A DNA stretch of 53,962 nt from Nemertoderma westbladi (Eukaryota; Animalia; Xenacoelomorpha): contig JAUCBJ010002850.1 in the NCBI GenBank assembly GCA_032718475.1, forward strand, positions 1-53,962, in the 5' to 3' direction. Position 1 is the stretch's first letter; the number at the start of each line of letters is the position of its first letter. The translations under genes were made by a program, and so were the position numbers. Under the pieces are notes generated by a model. The model was not told the origin of the DNA, ran no database searches, and was given only the letters and a program-made list of their open reading frames with translations. Of the stretch, positions 12,211 through 26,689 are shown piece after piece.

Positions 12211-14510
12211 GTGAGTAACCAACGCAACCTGTTAACGCCTCCCCCCCCCCCGGGAACCGCAGGTGAGTAACCAACCCTACCCATAGCAACGACAGCTGAG
12301 TAACCAACCCAACCCATAGCAACGACACCTGAGTAACCAACACTACCCATAGCAACCACACCTGAGTAACCAACCCTACCCATAGCAACGACAGGTGAGT
12401 AACCAACACTACCCATAGCAACCACAGCTGAGTAACCAACCCTACCCATAGCAACCACACCTGAGTAACCAACCCTACCCATAGCAACGACAGGTGAGTA
12501 ACCAACACTACCCATAGCAACCACAGCTGAGTAACCAACACTACCCATAGCAACGACAGGTGAGTAACCAACCCTACCCATAGCAACCACAGCTGAGTAA
12601 CCAACCCTACCCATAGCAACCACAGCTGAGTAACCAACCCTACCCATAGCAACCACAGCTGAGTAACCAACCCTACCCATAGCAACCACACCTGAGTAAC
12701 CAACCCTACCCATAGCAACGACAGGTGAGTAACCAACACTACCCATAGCAACCACAGCTGAGTAACCAACACTACCCATACCAACGACAGGTGAGTAACC
12801 AACCCTACCCATAGCAACCACAGCTGAGTAACCAACCATACCCATAGCAACCACAGCTGAGTAACCAACCCTACCCATAGCAACCACAGCTGAGTAACCA
12901 ACCCTACCCATAGCAACCACACCTGAGTAACCAACCCTACCCATAGCAACGACAGGTGAGTAACCAACCCTACCCATAGCAACCACACCTGAGTAACCAA
13001 CCCTACCCATAGCAACGACAGGTGAGTAACCAACACTACCCATAGCAACCACACCTTAGTAACCAACCCTACCCATAGCAACGACAGGTGAGTAACCAAC
13101 ACTACCCATAGCAACCACAGCTGAGTAACCAACCCTACCCATAGCAACCACACCTGAGTAACCAACCCTACCCATAGCAACGACAGGTGAGTAACCAACA
13201 CTACCCATAGCAACCACAGCTGAGTAACCAACCCTACCCATAGCAACGACAGGTGAGTAACCAACCCTAGCCATAGCAACGACAGCTGAGTAACCAACCC
13301 TACCCTTAGCAACGACAGGTGAGTAACCAACCCTACCCATAGCAACGACACTTGAGTAACCAACCCTACCCTTAGCAACCACAGCTGAGTAACCAACCCT
13401 ACCCTTAGCAACGACAGATGAGTAACCAACCCTACCCATAGCAACGACAGCTGAGTAACCAACCCTACCCTTAGCAACGACAGGTGAGTACCCAACCCTA
13501 CCCATAGCAACCACAGCTGAGTAACCAACCCTACCCATAGCAACGACACCTGAGTAACCAACCCTACCCTTAGCAACAACAGCTGAGTAACCAACCCTAC
13601 CCTTAGCAACGACAGGTGAGTAACCAACCCTACCCATAGCAACCACAGCTGAGTAACCAACCCAACCCATAGCAACCACAGCTGAGTAACCAACCCTACC
13701 CATAGCAACGACACCTGAGTAACCAACCCTACCCATAGCAACGACACCTGAGTAACCAACACTACCCATAGCAACCACAGCTGAGTAACCAACCCTACCC
13801 ATAGCAACCACACCTTAGTAACCAACCCTACCCATAGCAACGACAGGTGAGTAACCAACACTACCCATAGCAACCACAGCTGAGTAACCAACACTACCCA
13901 TAGCAACGACAGGTGAGTAACCAACCCTACCCATAGCAACGACACCTGAGTAACCAACACTTCCCATAGCAACCACAGCTGAGTAACCAACACTACCCAT
14001 AGCAACGACAGGTGAGTAACCAACACTACCCATAGCAACCACAGCTGAGTAACCAACACTTCCCATAGCAACCACACCTGAGTAACCAACCCTACCCATA
14101 TCAACCACAGCTGAGTAACCAACCCTACCCATAGCAACGACAGGTGAGTAACCAACCCAACCCATAGAAACGACAGGTGAGTACCCAACCCTACCCATAG
14201 CAACGACAGGTGAGTAACCAACACTACCCATAGCAACCACAGCTGAGTAACCAACACTTCCCATAGCAACCACAGCTGAGTAACCAACACTACCCATAGC
14301 AACGACAGGTGAGTAACCAACACTACCCATAGCAACCACAGCTGAGTAACCAACACTACCCATAGCAACGACAGGTGAGTAACCTAGCACCCACCTAGTA
14401 ACCGCAGGTGAGTAACAAACACCCATAGTAAACCGCAGGTCTGTACCCAAACTTCCCTTAGCAACAGCGGCTGAGTACCAAAACCTCCCCTAGCAACCTC
14501 GGGTTAGTAA
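12202..14510 (+). repeat. 33-bp minisatellite derived from the exon-2 donor junction (caggtgagtaaccaaccctacccatagcaacga), ~70 copies
   Basis: First unit overlaps the exon end; units alternate caggtgagt / cagctgagt / cacctgagt; explains minus-strand 11-aa periodic ORFs. Confidence 0.95.
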
Positions 14511-14948
14511 CCCCCACACACCCCAGCTATCTCATGCGTCACTCTATCAGCCGTATTACATCCACACCAACTCTTGAATTACTTTATTAAAACTGGCTTC
14601 CTTTCAACTCGTTTTGTTGTTTACTAAATTGATGGAGTTTTATCTGCCGCTGTGCATTACCGTCATTAATAAAGGATTTTGTTATGTAAATCCCTTTCAC
14701 TCACACCTACATACAACCGTGCTAAATATTATTGTCATTCTGTATGAGGGAGGGATGTTTCCTATTTTATTACCCAAAGTCAATAAATATCATGGAGTTT
14801 TCCATTTAACTGCCAGCTTAAATAGCCTGGTTGCTAGGTTCTCTGGCTGTTTTAAGTTCCCAAAATTGTAGCTTTTTATTTTACTTTTAATTATTATAGG
14901 ATTAACTCATCAGCAGTTCCGATTAATAGGCAATTTATACCTCATAGA

Positions 14949-15318
14949 CCTAGAGACCAGCTAGACCATGGCCTAGAGACCAGCTAGACCATGGCCTAGA
15001 GACCAGCTAGACCATGGCTTAGAGACCAGCTAGACCATGGCCTAGAGACCAGGTAGACCATGGCCTAGAGACCAGCTAGACCATGGCCTAGAGACCAGCT
15101 AGACCGTGGCCTAGAGACCAGCTAGACCATGACCTAGAGATCAGCTAGACCATAGCCTATAGATAAGCTAGACCATGGCCTAGAGACCAGCTAGACCATG
15201 GCCTAGAGACCAGCTAGACCGTGGTGGCCTAGAGACCAGTTAGACCATGGCCTAGAGACCAGCTATACCTTGGCCTAGAGGCCAGCTAGATCCTGGCCTA
15301 GAGGCCAGCTAGATCATG
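14949..15318. repeat. 23-bp minisatellite (cctagagaccagctagaccatgg), ~16 copies
   Basis: Direct tandem periodicity. Confidence 0.93.
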
Positions 15319-16634
15319 GACAAGGACAGCTAGCAGCTAACTATATTATTGCGCACTTATTTTGACGTTAATTTATGTATCTCTCATCGGTGTAATCTGT
15401 GTAATTCTGTCGGGATCATCAGTGTAATATTGAGTATCTCTTCCGTGTTGGTCGTTATTTTATTTCATAATTTTATTAATTAAATTCCCGGCATGTCCGG
15501 TAGCCCCAGGTAACCGAACCGTAACCTTTCTTGTACGTTGTACGTACGTTGTACTAGTACCGTTGTTAATTGTACGAACTTAGTACAACTACATTAGGCT
15601 GTTACCGCCCGAATTTATATTGCCATTCTCGCACCTACTGTATTAGGGAATTCAATTCAAGGGAAAAATTCCCCATATTATAGTAGAAAGTCGCACTAAT
15701 TGTATCCCCAGTAAAATTTTTTCCAACTCCAAGGATACCTGTGTGCAGTAGCCACTCCCCCTGTTGTTGGAAACTCAAGGTCGGTTCTCATATTTTACAT
15801 GACACAAACTCCTGATTAGGGAGTTACTCCTTACCCATCGATCTTCCGCCATTAACTACCTACACCACCCCCCTCCCACCCAATTGACTCTGTTGTCCTC
15901 TCCTCTCTCCCATTTACAGTGAAATAATTGATGAGTTTGTCAGTTAAACCTGGTAAATCCTCTATTTGAATCTGAGATACACTATTAGTACATATCCCCT
16001 ACTCTACTCAGTACTAACAATGATCGTTCAGTAATCACTGCTATTCACCATCACTGCTAGTCCCTTATTGTAGTTTACTAACTGTGGACAAGGAAATGTC
16101 TTTTTAATAATTAATTTATCATTACAATTCTACGGGCTGCCTGAGGCCACTATTCCATAATGGGTTCGTTAGTAGCGCTTCACAACACAGTAGCGATATT
16201 TGTCTGCTTCCGATAACGTTACACCTAATTGCCTTCTGCCATGATGGGGTTCTGATCTCTCCAATCGTCCTACCCCATTTCCCTAATGCATTTATTTTGC
16301 ATCAGCCCTTTGTTTGGGGGTAAGGTATGTTGTCAGGTAACCCCCCCCCCCCCCCCCCCAAGATTCAAAGTTTCCGGAATTTCTTCCCAACTTCCTGAGA
16401 CAATTGATTGATTGATTTATTAACCCGGATGATTAATTTATGGCCGCTGCGCAAACACCGTTGAGACAGGCCCAGGGAGACTCGCCTAACTTTCTATCAG
16501 CAACATTCAACTCCGCTGTTCCTCTTCCTTATTAATCGGGAATTTATAATGCGTGGTATCCTTAGTTACGCTGACAGTTTGGGTGTGCACTCTAGTACTC
16601 TAGTAATTTGAAAACAATTTTATCACTTTAGGAT

Positions 16635-16830
16635 GGCGGCTATTCGTCATCCCAGTGGGTGACCACTCCACCAGTTACCGTGAGGTGTCGTCATCCGGTT
16701 TGATTCTAGTTGGGATGTCCCGGGTTCGAGTCCGTGCCGAGCAAATTACAATTTGGGGACATTTTACCGCCAACCCGCACCCCAATCGATATGGGTACCT
16801 GGCTTCGTCAGGGGTAGTAAAGAAAAGGGG
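16635..16830 (+). mobile_element. Probable tRNA-derived SINE (head and body)
   Basis: B-box-like gggttcgagtcc at ~16722; head shares gaccactccaccag..ttctag..gttcga..ccgtg with a minus-strand copy at ~53480-53590. Boundaries approximate. Confidence 0.45.
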
Positions 16831-17349
16831 TTGGATAGTTACTGAGTGTTCACGGAGTTCGTGTGCCGACTTTCCTGCCTTATACTGTAGGTAACAGCCA
16901 AGAGAGATAAGCCTTCGGGTTGCCTCCACTGTTATTTGATTCACTTACACCAATAAGTTTACTTTACCATGACCTACTATAGTAGGTCATGACTTTACTT
17001 TATGGTGGCGGCGGAATGGCCAGCCAATTAGTTGAATGAACCAATTTATTGAACGGGGCCTTTTATTAGCGTAGGCGTACCCCCGTACGCGTATTATTTG
17101 TGTCTGTCTCTCAGTCGGCTGTTTACTGGTAGGCCCTAATGTTGTTACCAGTAAAAATAATAGAGCTGTGCAAATTAGTGACAATTTTCATGAAATTCGC
17201 TTATAAATAAATTTTCCTATTAGCGGGCCTCTGTTACTGTTATCATATAAAGTACTACATTACATGCCACTAAGTATATACAGTATACTGTAGTTATCTT
17301 TGCAAGCGAATAATTCTGAGGGTAGCCCAGTTGAATAGCAATAGTGAAT

Positions 17350-20300
17350 CGTACGTGCCAGTACTAAAGTTAGCTGCCATATGTACCAGTACCAGTAATA
17401 CAGTTAGCTGCTATATACGTGGTACTACAGTTACTGTAGCTGCTATACGTACCGGTACTACAGTTAGATGTAGCTGCTATACGTACCTGTTGCCTACTAC
17501 AGTTAGCTGCTATACATAGCGGTACTACAATTAGATGTAGCTGCTATATGTACCAGTACTACAGTTACCTGCTACGCGTACCGGTACCGGTACTACATTT
17601 AGCTGCTCTATGTACCGGTATTATTGTTAGCTGTAGCTGCTATACGTACCTGTATTACAGTTGGTTATACGTACCGGTCCGGTACTACACTAAGCTGTAG
17701 CTGCTATACGTACCGGCACTACAGTTATCTGATATACGTACCAGTACTACAGTTAGCTTATGCTGCTATACGTACCGGTACTACAGGTAGCTCTATATGT
17801 GCCGGTACTATAGTTAGCTGCTATACGTAACGGCAGTACAGTTAGCTGCTATACGTACCGGTATTACAGTTAGCTGCTATATATGTACCGGTACTACAGT
17901 TAGTTGTTATACGTCCCGGTACTACATTTAGTTGTTATACGTACCGGTACTACAGTTAGCTGCTATACGTACCGGTACTACAGTTAGCTGCTATATATGT
18001 ACCGGTACTACAGTTAGCTGATATACGTACCGGTACTACAGTTAGCTGCTATACGTACCGGTACTACAGTTAGCTGCTATACGTACCTGTACTACAGGTA
18101 GCTGCTATACGTACTGGTACTACAGTTAGCTGCTATACGTACCGGTACTACAGTTAGCTGTAGCTGCTATACGTACCTGTACTACAGGTAGCTGCTATAC
18201 GTACCTGTACTACAGGTAGCTGCTATACGTACTGGTACTACAGTTAGCTGCTATACGTACCGGTACTACAGTTAGCTGCTATATATGTACCGGTACTACA
18301 GTTAGCTGATATACGTACCGGTACTACAGTTAGCTGCTATACGTACCGGTACTACAGTTAGCTGCTATACGTACCTGTACTACAGGTAGCTGCTATACGT
18401 ACTGGTACTACAGTTAGCTGCTATACGTACCGGTACTACAGTTAGCTGTAGCTGCTATACGTACCTGTACTACAGGTAGCTGCTATACGTACCTGTACTA
18501 CAGGTAGCTGCTATACGTACTGGTACTACAGTTAGCTGCTATACGTACCTGTACTACAGTTAGCTGCTATACGTACCTGTACTACAGTTAGCTGCTATAC
18601 GTACCTGTACTACAGTTAGCTGCTATACGTACCTGTACTACAGTTAGCTGCTATACGTACCTGTACTACAGGTAGCTGCTATACGTACTGGTACTACAGT
18701 TAGCTGCTATACGTACCTGTACTACAGTTAGCTGCTATACGTACCGGTACTACAGTTAGCTGCTATACGTACCTGTACTACAGTTAGCTGCTATACGTAC
18801 CTGTACTACAGTTAGCTGCTATACGTACCTGTACTACAGGTAGCTGCTATACATACCGGTACTACAGTTAGCTGCTATACGTACCGGTACTACAGTTAGC
18901 TGCTATGCGTACCTGTACTACAGGTAGCTGCTATACGTACTGGTACTACACTTAGCTGCTATACGTACCGGTACTACAGTTAGCTGCTATACGTACTTGT
19001 ACTACAGGTAGCTGCTATACGTACCGGTACTACAGTTAGCTGCTATACGTACCGGTACTACAGTTAGCTGATATACGTACCTGTACTACAGTTAGCTGCT
19101 ATACGTACTGGTACTACAGTTAGCTGCTATACGTACCGGTACTACAGTTAGCTGCTATACGTACTGGTACTACAGTTACCTGCTATACGTACCGGTACTA
19201 CAGTTAGCTGCTATACGTACCGGCACTACAGTTAGCTGTAGCTGCTATACGTACCGGTACTACAGTTAGCTGCTATACGTACCGGTACTACAGTTAGCTG
19301 CTATGCGTACCTGTACTACAGGTAGCTGCTATACGTACCGGTACTACAGGTAGCTGCTATACGTACCGGTACTACAGTTAGCTGCTATACGTACCGGTAC
19401 TACAGTTAGCTGCTATACGTACCGGTACTACAGTTAGCTGCTATACGTACTGGTACCACAGTTAGCTGCTATACGTACCTGTACTACAGTTAGCTGCTAT
19501 ACGTACCGGCACTACAGTTAGCTATAGCTGCTATACGTACCGGCAGTACAGTTAGCTGCTATATATGTACCGGTACTACAGTTAGCTGATATACTTTCCC
19601 GTACTACAGTTAGCTGTAGCTGCTATATGTACCGGTATTATAGTTAGTTGTTATACGTACCGGTACTACAGTTAGCTGTAGCTGCTATATGTACCGGTAT
19701 TATAGTTGGTTGTTATACGTCCCGGTACTACAGTTAGCTGCTATACGTACCGGCACTACAGTTAGCTGTAGCTGCTATACATACCGGTACTACAGTTAGC
19801 TGATTTACGTACCGGTACTACAGTTAGCTGCTATACATACCGGTACTACAGTTAGCTGCTATACGTACTTGTACTACAGATAGCTGCTATACGTACTGGT
19901 ACTACAGTTAGCTGCTATACGTACCGGTACTACAGTTAGCTGCTATACGTACCGGTACTACAGTTAGCTGCTATACGTACCGGTACTACAGTTAGCTGCT
20001 ATACGTACCTGTACTACAGTTAGCTGCTATACGTACCTGTACTACAGTTAGCTGCTATACGTACCGGTACTACAGTTAGCTGCTATACGTACCGGTACTA
20101 CAGTTAGCTGCTATACGTACCGGTACTACAGTTAGCTGCTATACGTACCGGTACTACAGTTAGCTGCTATACGTACCGGTACTACAGTTAGCTGCTATAC
20201 GTACCTGGTACTACAGATAGCTGCTATACGTACCTGTACTACAGTTAGCTGCTATACGTACCGGTACTACAGTTAGCTGCTATACGTACCGGTACTACAG

Positions 20301-23300
20301 TTAGCTGCTATACGTACCGGTACTACAGTTAGCTGCTATACGTACCGGTACTACAGTTAGCTGCTATACGTACCGGTACTACAGTTAGCTGCTATACGTA
20401 CCTGTACTACAGTTAGCTGCTATACGTACCTGTACTACAGTTAGCTGCTATACGTACCGGTACTACAGTTAGCTGCTATACGTACTGGTACTACAGTTAG
20501 CTGCTATACGTACCGGTACTACAGTTAGCTGCTATACGTACCGGTACTACAGTTAGCTGCTATACGTACCGGTACTACAGTTAGCTGCTATACGTACCGG
20601 TACTACAGTTAGCTGCGTATACGTACTGGTACCTACAGTTAGCTGCTATACGTACCGGTACTACAGTTAGCTGATTTACGTACCGGTACTACAGTTAGCT
20701 GCTATACGTACCGGTACTACAGTTAGCTGCTATACGTACCGGTACTACAGTTAGCTGCTATACGTACCTGGTACTACAGTTAGCTGCTATACGTACCGGT
20801 ACTACAGTTAGCTGCTATACGTACCGGTACTACAGTTAGCTGCTATACGTACCGGTACTACAGTTAGCTGCTATACGTACCTGTACTACAGTTAGCTGCT
20901 ATACGTACCGGTACTACAGTTAGCTGCTATACGTACCGGTACTACAGTTAGCTGCTATACGTACCGGTACTACAGTTAGCTGCTATACGTACCTGTACTA
21001 CAGTTAGCTGCTATACGTACCTGTACTACAGTTAGCTGCTATACGTACCGGTACTACAGTTAGCTGCTATACGTACCGGTACTACAGTTAGCTGCTATAC
21101 GTACCGGTACTACAGTTAGCTGCTATACGTACCGGTACTACAGTTAGCTGCTATACGTACCGGTACTACAGTTAGCTGCTATACGTACCGGTACTACAGT
21201 TAGCTGCTATACGTACCGGTACTACAGTTAGCTGCTATACGTACCGGTACTACAGTTAGCTGCTATACGTACCGGTACTACAGTTAGCTGCTATACGTAC
21301 CGGTACTACAGTTAGCTGCTATACGTACCGGTACTACAGTTAGCTGCTATACGTACCGGTACTACAGTTAGCTGCTATACGTACCGGTACTACAGTTAGC
21401 TGCTATACGTACCGGTACTACAGTTAGCTGCTATACGTACCGGTACTACAGTTAGCTGCTATACGTACCGGTACTACAGTTAGCTGCTATACGTACCTGT
21501 ACTACAGTTAGCTGCTATACGTACCGGTACTACAGTTAGCTGCTATACGTACCGGTACTACAGTTAGCTGCTATACGTACCGGTACTACAGTTAGCTGCT
21601 ATACGTACCGGTACTACAGTTAGCTGCTATACGTACCGGTACTACAGTTAGCTGCTATACGTACCGGTACTACAGTTAGCTGCTATACGTACCGGTACTA
21701 CAGTTAGCTGCTATACGTACCGGTACTACAGTTAGCTGCTATACGTACCGGTACTACAGGTAGCTGCTATACGTACCGGTACTACAGTTAGCTGCTATAC
21801 GTACCGGTACTACAGTTAGCTGCTATACGTACCGGTACTACAGTTAGCTGCTATACGTACCTGTACTACAGTTAGCTGCTATACGTACCTGTACTACAGT
21901 TAGCTGCTATACGTACCGGTACTACAGTTAGCTGCTATACGTACCGGTACTACAGTTAGCTGCTATACGTACCGGTACTACAGTGTAGCTGCTATACGTA
22001 CCGGTACTACAGTTAGCTGCTATACGTACCGGTACTACAGTTAGCTGCTATACGTACCGGTACTACAGTTAGCTGCTATACGTACCTGTACTACAGTTAG
22101 CTGCTATACGTACCGGTACTACAGTTAGCTGCTATACGTACCTGTACTACAGTTAGCTGCTATACGTACCGGTACTACAGTTAGCTGCTATACGTACCGG
22201 TACTACAGTTAGCTGCTATACGTACCGGTACTACAGTTAGCTGCTATACGTACCGGTACTACAGTTAGCTGCTATAACCACTACATAGCTGCTATACGTA
22301 CCGGTACTACAGTTAGCTGCTATACGTACCGGTACTACAGTTAGCTGCTATACGTACCTGTACTACAGTTAGCTGCTATACGTACCGGTACTACAGTTAG
22401 CTGCTATACGTACCTGTACTACAGGTAGCTGCTATACGTACCTGTACTACAGTTAGCTGCTATACGTACCGGTACTACAGTTAGCTGCTATACGTACCGG
22501 TACTACAGTTAGCTGCTATACGTACCGGTACTACAGTTAGCTGCTATACGTACCTGTACTACAGGTAGCTGCTATACGTACCGGTACTACAGTTAGCTGC
22601 TATACGTACCGGTACTACAGTTAGCTGCTATACGTACCTGTACTACAGTTAGCTGCTATACGTACCGGTACTACAGTTAGCTGCTATACGTACCGGTACT
22701 ACAGTTAGCTGCTATACGTACCTGTACTACAGTTAGCTGCTATACGTACCGGTACTACAGTTAGCTGCTATACGTACCGGTACTACAGTTAGCTGCTATA
22801 CGTACCTGTACTACAGGTAGCTGCTATACGTACCTGTACTACAGTTAGCTGCTATACGTACCGGTACTACAGTTAGCTGCTATACGTACCGGTACTACAG
22901 TTAGCTGCTATACGTACCTGTACTACAGCTGCTAGCTGCTACTACGTACCGTACTACAGTAGCTGCTATACGTACCGGTACTACAGTTAGCTGTAGCTGC
23001 TATACGTACCGGTACTACAGTTAGCTGCTATACGTACCTGTACTACAGTTAGCTGCTATACGTACCGGTACTACAGTTAGCTGCTATACGTACCGGTACT
23101 ACAGTTAGCTGCTATACGTACCTGTACTACAGTTAGCTGCTATACGTACCGGTACTACAGTTAGCTGCTATACGTACCGGTACTACAGTTAGCTGCTATA
23201 CGTACCTGTACTACAGGTAGCTGCTATACGTACCTGTACTACAGGTAACTGCTATACGTACCGGTACTACAGTTAGCTGCTATACGTACCGGTACTACAG

Positions 23301-24785
23301 TTAGCTGCTATACGTACCGGTACTACAGTTAGCTGCTATACGTACCTGTACTACAGGTAGCTGCTATACGTACCTGTACTACAGGTAACTGCTATACGTA
23401 CCGGTACTACAGTTAGCTGCTATACGTACCTGTACTACAGTTAGCTGCTATACGTACCGGTACTACAGTTAGCTGCTATACGTACCTGTACTACAGGTAG
23501 CTGCTATACGTACCTGTACTACAGTTAGCTGCTATACGTACCTGGTACTACAGTTAGCTGCTATACGTACTGGTACTACAGTTAGCTGCTATACGTACCG
23601 GTACTACAGTTAGCTGCTATACGTACCGGTACTACAGTTAGCTGCTATACGTACTGGTACTACAGTTAGCTGCTATACGTACCGGTACTACAGTTAGCTG
23701 CTATACGTACCGGTACTACAGTTAGCTGCTATACGTACCTGTACTACAGCTGCATAGCTGCTTACCACTATAACCACTTACATAGCTGCTATACGTACCG
23801 GAACTACAGTTAGCTGTAGCTGCTATACGTACCGGTACTACAGTTAGCCGCTAAACGTACCGGCACTACAGTTAGCTGTAGCTGCTATACGTACCGGTAC
23901 TACAGTTAGCTGATTTACGTACCGGTACTACAGTTAGCTGCTATACGTACCGGCACTACAGTTAGCTGTAGCTGCTATACGTACCGGTACTACAGTTAGC
24001 TGATTTACGTACCTGTACTACAGTTAGCTGCTATACGTACCGGCACCACAGTTAGCTGTAGCTGCTATACGTACCGGTACTACAGTTAGCTGATTTACGT
24101 ACCGGTACTACAGTTAGCTGCTATACGTACTGGTACTACAGTTAGCTGCTATACGTACCTGTACTACAGTTAGCTGCTATACGTACCGGTACTACAGTTA
24201 ACTGCTATACGTACCTGTACTACAGGTAGCTGCTATACGTACCGGTACTACAGTTAGCTGCTATACGTACTGGTACTACAGTTAGCTGCTATACGTACCT
24301 GTACTACAGTTAGCTGCTATACGTACCGGTACTACAGTTAACTGCTATACGTACTGGTACTACAGTTAGCTGTAGCTGCTATACATACCGGTACTACAGT
24401 TAGCTGATTTACGTACCGGTACTACAGTTAGCTGCTATACGTACTGGTACTACAGTTAGCTGCTATACGTACCTGTACTACAGTTAGCTGCTATACGTAC
24501 CGGTACTACAGTTAACTGCTATACGTACCTGTACTACAGGTAGCTGCTATACGTACCGGTACTACAGTTAGCTGCTATACGTACTGGTACTACAGTTAGC
24601 TGCTATACGTACCTGTACTACAGTTAGCTGCTATACGTACCGGTACTACAGTTAACTGCTATACGTACTGGTACTACAGTTAGCTGTAGCTGCTATACAT
24701 ACCGGTACTACAGTTAGCTGTAGCTGCTATACATACCGGTACTACAGTTAGCTGATTTACGTACCGGTACTACAGTTACCTGCTA
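17350..24785. repeat. 28-bp satellite (gtaccggtactacagttagctgctatac), ~265 copies
   Basis: 28-bp period; homogeneous core (~21000-22200), degenerate edges; unit contains palindromes gtaccggtac and tacgta. Confidence 0.97.
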
Positions 24786-25399
24786 AGAGAACATATTAGA
24801 GAACATGTCTCGACTATGAGTGATTAATGACAAAGAAGTGGAGCGTGTTGCAAGTCGGGTTGTTGTGCAGAAGGAGAGCTCCCGTACGCCTATGGTTGTA
24901 CTTTACCGGTACGTAATAGAAAAGTAGTGGGATGAATCATCTGTACCGGTTATTATTATTATTCCCGGATTACGCCCCGGTGGCTGTAATTAGTAAAATG
25001 GTCTGACAATATGAAATAAAATATACAGACAAGAAATTACAAAAGTTACAATTATACCATTATTATTAAAATTATACAATTATAATATTATAATACGGCG
25101 TAGCTAATGTAAGCTAAGATCTAGAACAGATATATATCTAGAATTAAGATCTATATGGGTCTCATTCGAATACAGTGAACATATCTTCAATTGTTTAGCA
25201 CCAAATCATCCAAATTAACAATTAATAAATTAAGGGACATGTATAAACACTTTTTATTAACGTTAAAATGTAGGCACAGGTAGATCACTAAGAACAATGT
25301 TTACAGGGCTGAAATTATTACACGGCATAGGTAAAATATGATAACATAACCATATGATAATATGATACAGGTATAGATCATCAAAATGGAAGGGTTGGT

Positions 25400-25720
25400 G
25401 CGTAATACTTAGACTGTCAGTGTAAACTCGCGGATTAGATCCATTTTAGTACTGTATGGGGCGTCGGCATTGTTTAATATTGATTGGAAGTATAGGCTGC
25501 AAAAGTGTTCCTCTGGAGTCAACGAGTTCAGGAGGTATGGGAATTTGCAATTGCGGATGCAAAGATTTAGTTTATATAGGTGGGTTGCCAATGATCTGTA
25601 TGACCGGTACGTAATAGAAAAGTAGTGGGATGAATCATAGCTGGTTGGTTTGGTGGAGGTCATTAACCTTGTAGAGATCGTCGATGTCGTAGAGATCGAG
25701 ATGTAGGTCATTGCGTAAGA
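25400..25720 (-). mobile_element. Possible degenerate LINE 3'-end fragment
   Basis: Minus ORF ..LATHLYKLNLCIRNCKF..LTPEEHFC.. resembles the Cys/His-containing C-terminus of non-LTR ORF2; weak. Confidence 0.35.
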
Positions 25721-26680
25721 CACTCAGCACTCAGGAGTGATCGCCGGTGTAAAAGTTACACACTCAGCACTCAGGAGTGATCGCCGGTGTAAAAGTTACA
25801 CACTCAGCACTCAGGAGTGATCGCCGGTGTAAAAGTTACACACTCAGCACTCAGGAGTGATCGCCGGTGTAAAAGTTACACACTCAGCACTCAGGAGTGA
25901 TCGCCGGTGTAAAAGTTACACACTCAGCACTCAGGAGTGATCGCCGGTGTAAAAGTTACACACTCAGCACTCAGGAGTGATCGCCGGTGTAAAAGTTACA
26001 CACTCAGCACTCAGGAGTGATCGCCGGTGTAAAAGTTACACACTCAGCACTCAGGAGTGATCGCCGGTGTAAAAGTTACACACTCAGCACTCAGGAGTGA
26101 TCGCCGGTGTAAAAGTTACACACTCAGCACTCAGGAGTGATCGCCGGTGTAAAAGTTACACACTCAGCACTCAGGAGTGATCGCCGGTGTAAAAGTTACA
26201 CACTCAGCACTCAGGAGTGATCGCCGGTGTAAAAGTTACACACTCAGCACTCAGGAGTGATCGCCGGTGTAAAAGTTACACACTCAGCACTCAGGAGTGA
26301 TCGCCGGTGTAAAAGTTACACACTCAGCACTCAGGAGTGATCGCCGGTGTAAAAGTTACACACTCAGCACTCAGGAGTGATCGCCGGTGTAAAAGTTACA
26401 CACTCAGCACTCAGGAGTGATCGCCGGTGTAAAAGTTACACACTCAGCACTCAGGAGTGATCGCCGGTGTAAAAGTTACACACTCAGCACTCAGGAGTGA
26501 TCGCCGGTGTAAAAGTTACACACTCAGCACTCAGGAGTGATCGCCGGTGTAAAAGTTACACACTCAGCACTCAGGAGTGATCGCCGGTGTAAAAGTTACA
26601 CACTCAGCACTCAGGAGTGATCGCTGGTGTAAAAGTTACACACTCAGCACTCAGGAGTGATCGCCGGTGTAAAAGTTACA
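25721..26680. repeat. 40-bp minisatellite (cactcagcactcaggagtgatcgccggtgtaaaagttaca) x24, almost perfectly homogeneous
   Basis: 960 bp / 40 = 24 copies; only one substitution noticed (~26625). Confidence 0.98.
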
Positions 26681-26689
26681 TTTGTAAAC

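Noticed and set aside
12182-14450. Minus-strand 728/284/251/211-aa ORFs
   Set aside because: Translations of the 33-bp minisatellite.
16655-16745. Functional tRNA gene
   Set aside because: B box present but I cannot fold a convincing cloverleaf; better explained as a SINE head.
25721-26680. CRISPR-like array
   Set aside because: Head-to-tail identical units with no unique spacers, no cas genes, eukaryotic context. The same applies to all other arrays.
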